A stretch of 24,929 bases of DNA from a virus. Lineage: Duplodnaviria > Caudoviricetes. Both the position numbers and the translations under genes were made by a program. The stretch is from the IMG/VR virus record IMGVR_UViG_3300012948_000020, positions 1 through 24,929 of that record; one strand, 5' to 3'. Within the stretch, counting starts at the first letter, position 1; each line of letters opens with the position of its first letter. The notes beneath the pieces are model-generated. The model saw only the letters and a program-made list of their open reading frames with translations, made no database searches and was not told the DNA's origin. This document shows, piece by piece, positions 20,962 to 24,929 of this stretch.

Positions 20962-21279
20962 GTGAACGAAGCCCAATACCAATCCAAGGTAATACAGAGA
21001 CTTGAGCGCATGTTTCCAGGGTGTTTGGTTCTAAAAAACGATGCGACATACCGACAAGGTATTCCAGATCTCATACTTCTTTGGAATGAATTTTGGGCTT
21101 CGCTAGAAGTAAAAGTTGGACCATCAATTCGTAAACAAGCCAATCAAGATTACTACATTGACAAGCTGAGTGAGATGTCGTTTGCGGCCTATATTTACCC
21201 TGATGTTGAAGAGGAGGTTTTGAATGCGCTTCAACAGGCATTTAAATCTCCAAGGAGAACACGCATTCCTCAGTCCTAG
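20962..21279 (+). CDS. VRR-NUC / Holliday-junction-resolvase-like PD-(D/E)xK nuclease
   Basis: E..Q...GIPDL...LEVK...Q pattern; RBS GAGGAGGT. Confidence 0.85.
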   Translation: MNEAQYQSKVIQRLERMFPGCLVLKNDATYRQGIPDLILLWNEFWASLEVKVGPSIRKQANQDYYIDKLSEMSFAAYIYPDVEEEVLNALQQAFKSPRRTRIPQS

Positions 21280-21781
21280 TTCATATCACTGGATTCACTA
21301 TACACCAGAGCGACTGATTGATCGCTGGACTTCCGCCAAAGCCGGAGAATACGGTGTTGCGCAGCATGACTATGCTATGCGCGAAATCCAAGCTGGTAGA
21401 CTTTCCGATCTTGTTGGAACTGTTGGCCTATACATCAACGATGCTATCAAGTATAGGATGACTTGCGAGCAGGTCCTTTATTTTTCTGAAAATTGCTTCG
21501 GCACTGCGGATACGATTGCGTTTCGATACAACACTCTTCGAATTCACGATTTGAAAACAGGAGTATATCCTGGTTCGGTACACCAACTTGAAGTTTATGC
21601 TGCATTGTTTTGTCTTGAGTACGACAAGGATCCGTTCAAGATCAAAATTGAGTTGCGCATTTATCAAGATAATGAGGTGATTGTGTTCGATGCTGATCCA
21701 GAGGATATTTTCTATATCATGGAAAAAATTCAAGAATTCGACAGGTTGCTCAGCCATCGGCGATTAGAGGAGGAGTCGTGA
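21224..21781 (+). CDS. PD-(D/E)xK exonuclease-like protein (RecB/Cas4-like)
   Basis: HAFLSPS, E, FGTAD, IHDLKTG and QLEVYA motifs. Confidence 0.8.
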   Translation: MRFNRHLNLQGEHAFLSPSSYHWIHYTPERLIDRWTSAKAGEYGVAQHDYAMREIQAGRLSDLVGTVGLYINDAIKYRMTCEQVLYFSENCFGTADTIAFRYNTLRIHDLKTGVYPGSVHQLEVYAALFCLEYDKDPFKIKIELRIYQDNEVIVFDADPEDIFYIMEKIQEFDRLLSHRRLEEES

Positions 21782-24516
21782 TTGTTAGCGAAGAACAACA
21801 TCGTCTTATGCATTACGGCACTCCTCGAAAGTCTGGTCGTTATCCTTGGGGATCTGGCGATAATGCTCCAGAAGCTACTAGAAGCAAGGATATTCTCGAC
21901 GATATTGAATTTCTTAAAAATAAAGGTATGTCGGAAGCCGAAATAGCCAAAGGCATGGGCTATGCGTCGACAACTGAGCTTCGAAACAAGAAGTCCCGAG
22001 CTAAAGCGGAAGTGAAACAAGCATCGATTATCGAAATCGAACGGCTGAAAGAAAAAGGCATGTCAAATACGGCTATTGCTCGGCAGACGGGTATTGCAGA
22101 GCCTACGGTTCGGCTTTACCAGAAAGCAGGAGAGAAGGATAAAGCCGATGTCTATCATTCTACGGCCAATATGCTTAGAGAACAAATCAAGGCAAAAGAT
22201 GTAGTGGACGTCGGAAGAGGAGTTCCCGAAAGACTTGGTATTACGCCTGACCGTTTGAAGGTTTCGCTTTCGATGCTGAAAGACGAAGGGTATGGAATCT
22301 TTGACCTTCCCATTCGACAGCTTGGTACTGGAAACATTACGATTCAAAAAGTGTTGGCAAAACCAGGTATCACCAGAAAGCAAATTGACCAAAACCGGCT
22401 GATCGTCAAACAAATTCAAGATACATATTCTGAAGATCGTGGTCGCAGCTTTCTCAATACTCAGCCGCCACTTTCCATCAGCTCGAGGAGAGTGGCTGTT
22501 GTTTACGGTAAAGAAGGTGCAAAAGCAGACGGTATGATTTACGTTAAGCCTGGTGTGGATAGGTTGAAGATTGGTGACAATCGTTACGGGCAGGTGCGTA
22601 TCATGGTTGATGGTACGCACTATCTGAAAGGCATGGCCGCATACAAGGACAATCTTCCGGATCATATCGATGTGGAGTTTCACACAAAGAAAGATGATAC
22701 CGGTCGTAAAAAAGATGCTATGAAGGAACTCGAAAAAGATCCCGTAACCGGCAAAGTTGATCCAGACAATCCGTTTGGTACGATCGTACGCCAAGTGCAT
22801 AATCCAAAAACGGGCAAGGTTTCATCGGCGATGAATCTGGTCGGCGGTAAAGAAGGAGCTGGAGAAGAAGGTTACTGGGATACCTGGTCACGCAGTTTGT
22901 CTTCTCAGATGTTGTCCAAGCAAGACCCCGCTCTTGCAAAGCAGCAACTCGATTTGACGTTTGAACGCCGTAAAAAAGAATACGATGAGATTCTTTCGTT
23001 GACCAACGCTACGGTTCGGCAACAACTTCTCTATAAGTTTGGCGATGAAGCGGACGCGGCATCGGCACATCTCAAAGCGGCCAATCTACCGAGGCAGTCG
23101 AACAAGGTATTGCTACCGGTTCGAACTATGAATCCAAAAGAGATCTATGCACCTAGCTATAAGAATGGTGAGCGAGTCGTATTGATTCGATTTCCTCACG
23201 GTGGAACGTTTGAGATTCCAGAATTGACCGTGAATAATAAAAACAAAGAAGCTCAAAGAATTATCGGTAGGCAAGCGATTGATGCTGTTGGTATTCATCA
23301 CTCTGTTGCTCACCATTTGTCTGGCGCAGATTTTGATGGGGATACCGTCCTTGTTATTCCAAACCCAAAACGAGATGTAAAGAAAACTTCTCCTCTTGAA
23401 GGATTGAAGGACTTTGATCCAATGATTTATAAGATCAAGGATCCTTCAATTAAACCCCCCACCGCTCAGCAAAAGGGTACTGAGATGGGGAAGATTTCTA
23501 ATCTTATTACCGATATGACGCTTCAAGGGGCAAGCCGAGAACAGTTGACCCGTGCTATTAAACATTCCATGGTTGTTATTGATTCGGAAAAACACGGTCT
23601 CGATTTCAGACAGTCTGAGAAAGATAATAATATTCTTGCGCTGAAAGCGGAGTATCAAGGTGGGGAACGAAGAGGCGCGTCTACCATCATCAGCAGAAAG
23701 AAGTCGGAAGTAAGAGTGCCGAAGAAACAGCTGTGGTCTCCAGGTCCACGCTCCATAGATCCAAAAACCGGGGAGAAGATTTTTAAGACCACCACGCGTC
23801 AGATTGCTGAAACCAAAACTCGAACTATACAGGGAAAGAAAGTAAAGGTCGAGACCGGCCGTATGATAACCCCCCTAGTAAAAAGTACAAAGGGTGCCGA
23901 GGCTCGAGACGCACGTACTCTGGTATCGGGTGATAACATCTATATGGAAACTCTGTATGCCACCCACTCCAACAAGTTGAAGGCGTTGGCAAACGCGGCC
24001 CGGAAAGAAGCAGTCCTTACAAAACCCCCCGCCCAAAACAAATCGGCTAAGAAAGTTTACAAGTCGGAGGTAGACTCTCTCAAAGCAAAACTTGATAAGG
24101 CCAAAGGAAACGCCCCCCTAGAAAGACAAGCCCAGCAGCTTGCTGGAGTGAGGATCCGCCAGCAGCGCCAGGCAAATCCAGGAATGGACAAAGAGACCGA
24201 GAAGAAGATGAAGTTCAAAGCTTTGGATGTGTATAGAGAAAGAGTCGGGGCCAAGAAAGATCAGATAGTTATTACTCCCCGCGAATGGGAAGCGATTCAG
24301 GCAGGTGCAATTAGTAATCACATGTTGACCGAGATTCTTAGTAACGCCGATGTTGATAGAGTTAAATACCTGGCTCTACCAAAGACTGAACCTAAGATGA
24401 CGAGCAACATGCTGGTAAGAGCCCGAGCAATGGCGAATAGTGGGTTTACCCAGGCTGAGATAGCTGAACAACTGGGCGTTGGACTGACTACACTCAAGGT
24501 GGGTCTCAGTGAGTGA
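21778..24516 (+). CDS. Putative single-subunit two-barrel (DPBB) RNA polymerase with HTH domains
   Basis: ADG...QVR...LKG; LIRFP; LSGADFDGD; MGKISN; HSMVVIDSEKHG; HTHs at both termini. Confidence 0.8.
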   Translation: MIVSEEQHRLMHYGTPRKSGRYPWGSGDNAPEATRSKDILDDIEFLKNKGMSEAEIAKGMGYASTTELRNKKSRAKAEVKQASIIEIERLKEKGMSNTAIARQTGIAEPTVRLYQKAGEKDKADVYHSTANMLREQIKAKDVVDVGRGVPERLGITPDRLKVSLSMLKDEGYGIFDLPIRQLGTGNITIQKVLAKPGITRKQIDQNRLIVKQIQDTYSEDRGRSFLNTQPPLSISSRRVAVVYGKEGAKADGMIYVKPGVDRLKIGDNRYGQVRIMVDGTHYLKGMAAYKDNLPDHIDVEFHTKKDDTGRKKDAMKELEKDPVTGKVDPDNPFGTIVRQVHNPKTGKVSSAMNLVGGKEGAGEEGYWDTWSRSLSSQMLSKQDPALAKQQLDLTFERRKKEYDEILSLTNATVRQQLLYKFGDEADAASAHLKAANLPRQSNKVLLPVRTMNPKEIYAPSYKNGERVVLIRFPHGGTFEIPELTVNNKNKEAQRIIGRQAIDAVGIHHSVAHHLSGADFDGDTVLVIPNPKRDVKKTSPLEGLKDFDPMIYKIKDPSIKPPTAQQKGTEMGKISNLITDMTLQGASREQLTRAIKHSMVVIDSEKHGLDFRQSEKDNNILALKAEYQGGERRGASTIISRKKSEVRVPKKQLWSPGPRSIDPKTGEKIFKTTTRQIAETKTRTIQGKKVKVETGRMITPLVKSTKGAEARDARTLVSGDNIYMETLYATHSNKLKALANAARKEAVLTKPPAQNKSAKKVYKSEVDSLKAKLDKAKGNAPLERQAQQLAGVRIRQQRQANPGMDKETEKKMKFKALDVYRERVGAKKDQIVITPREWEAIQAGAISNHMLTEILSNADVDRVKYLALPKTEPKMTSNMLVRARAMANSGFTQAEIAEQLGVGLTTLKVGLSE

Positions 24517-24805
24517 GATGCTTACATCAAGTAGTGAACCAACAGAATACATGCTAACAACAGTGGACAATCCATTCAATCCATTCACCGACTTCGATGC
24601 TTGGTTGGAGTATGACATTAGTTTAGGTTACAACACCATGTCTTTCTTAGACCGCATAGCCATGACATCGTTTGATTTGTCTGAACCAGACGCAGCCGTA
24701 GTGATACAAGATGCGATTGATGAGATTGTTCAAGAGAACGTCTTAGGTATGTGGAGAAAAGTTTCAAGAACTTCAGCAGAACAATTCGAACCAGAACAGA
24801 TGTAA
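24509..24805 (+). CDS. Conserved acidic phage protein (MLTTVDNPFNPF...)
   Basis: Overlaps the RNAP stop; the motif is typical of this phage group (recall). Confidence 0.8.
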   Translation: MSEMLTSSSEPTEYMLTTVDNPFNPFTDFDAWLEYDISLGYNTMSFLDRIAMTSFDLSEPDAAVVIQDAIDEIVQENVLGMWRKVSRTSAEQFEPEQM

Positions 24806-24823
24806 TTTTTTTGAAAGGTTAAG

Positions 24824-24929
24824 ATGAATGTAATTCCAGTTTTTCTTTGGACAAAAAGATGTAAAGGTTGTGATGATACTTCTCCCCACGACGCACACCT
24901 AACAATCTTTGGTAGATTTGCTCTGGGAA
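24824..24929 (+). CDS. 3'-truncated hypothetical protein (MNVIPVFLWTKRCKGCDDTSPHDAHL...)
   Basis: RBS GAAAGG; open to the window end; CxxC...HxxH. Confidence 0.45.
   Translation, partial: MNVIPVFLWTKRCKGCDDTSPHDAHLTIFGRFALG

Noticed and set aside
21224-21781. Cas4 as part of a CRISPR system
   Set aside because: Lacks the four-Cys Fe-S cluster pattern and any cas context; it is an ordinary phage PD-(D/E)xK nuclease.
22063-22800. 245-aa minus-strand ORF
   Set aside because: Antisense to the RNAP gene, with no recognisable motifs; all credible genes here are on the + strand.

Overview
This window is the non-structural (early/replication) arm of a tailed dsDNA phage, probably infecting Actinobacteria. 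All credible genes are on the + strand, and I see no capsid, tail, terminase or integrase genes. From recall only, not a search, the gene set resembles the Lactococcus 1706 / Rhodococcus ReqiPepy6 / actinophage AM-AU-AW-BI-DJ type. It has two paralogous membrane proteins, a fused helicase-primase-exonuclease-PolB replicase, an SSB, an SF2 helicase, a NUMOD4/HNH-like protein, a VRR-NUC protein and a PD-(D/E)xK nuclease. The most interesting signal is a candidate self-contained transcription system with three parts. (1) A 912-aa single-subunit two-barrel RNA polymerase with DG, QxR-KG, RxP and ADFDGD motifs and three HTHs. (2) At least six copies of a fixed-spacing motif, CGYAR-N15-TAATGAGAG; five of them drive short units whose 5' GAGAG pairs with a complementary pyrimidine tract just before a U-run. 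(3) About a dozen further 50-115 nt intergenic elements closed by long terminal stems, mostly with pseudoknot potential, including two back-to-back arrays (15.2-15.7 kb and 16.9-17.2 kb). Accessory genes include a secreted Rpf-like transglycosylase and a GC-richer secreted protein with CnaB/pilin-like repeats. All RNA folds were derived by eye, and no database searches were run.
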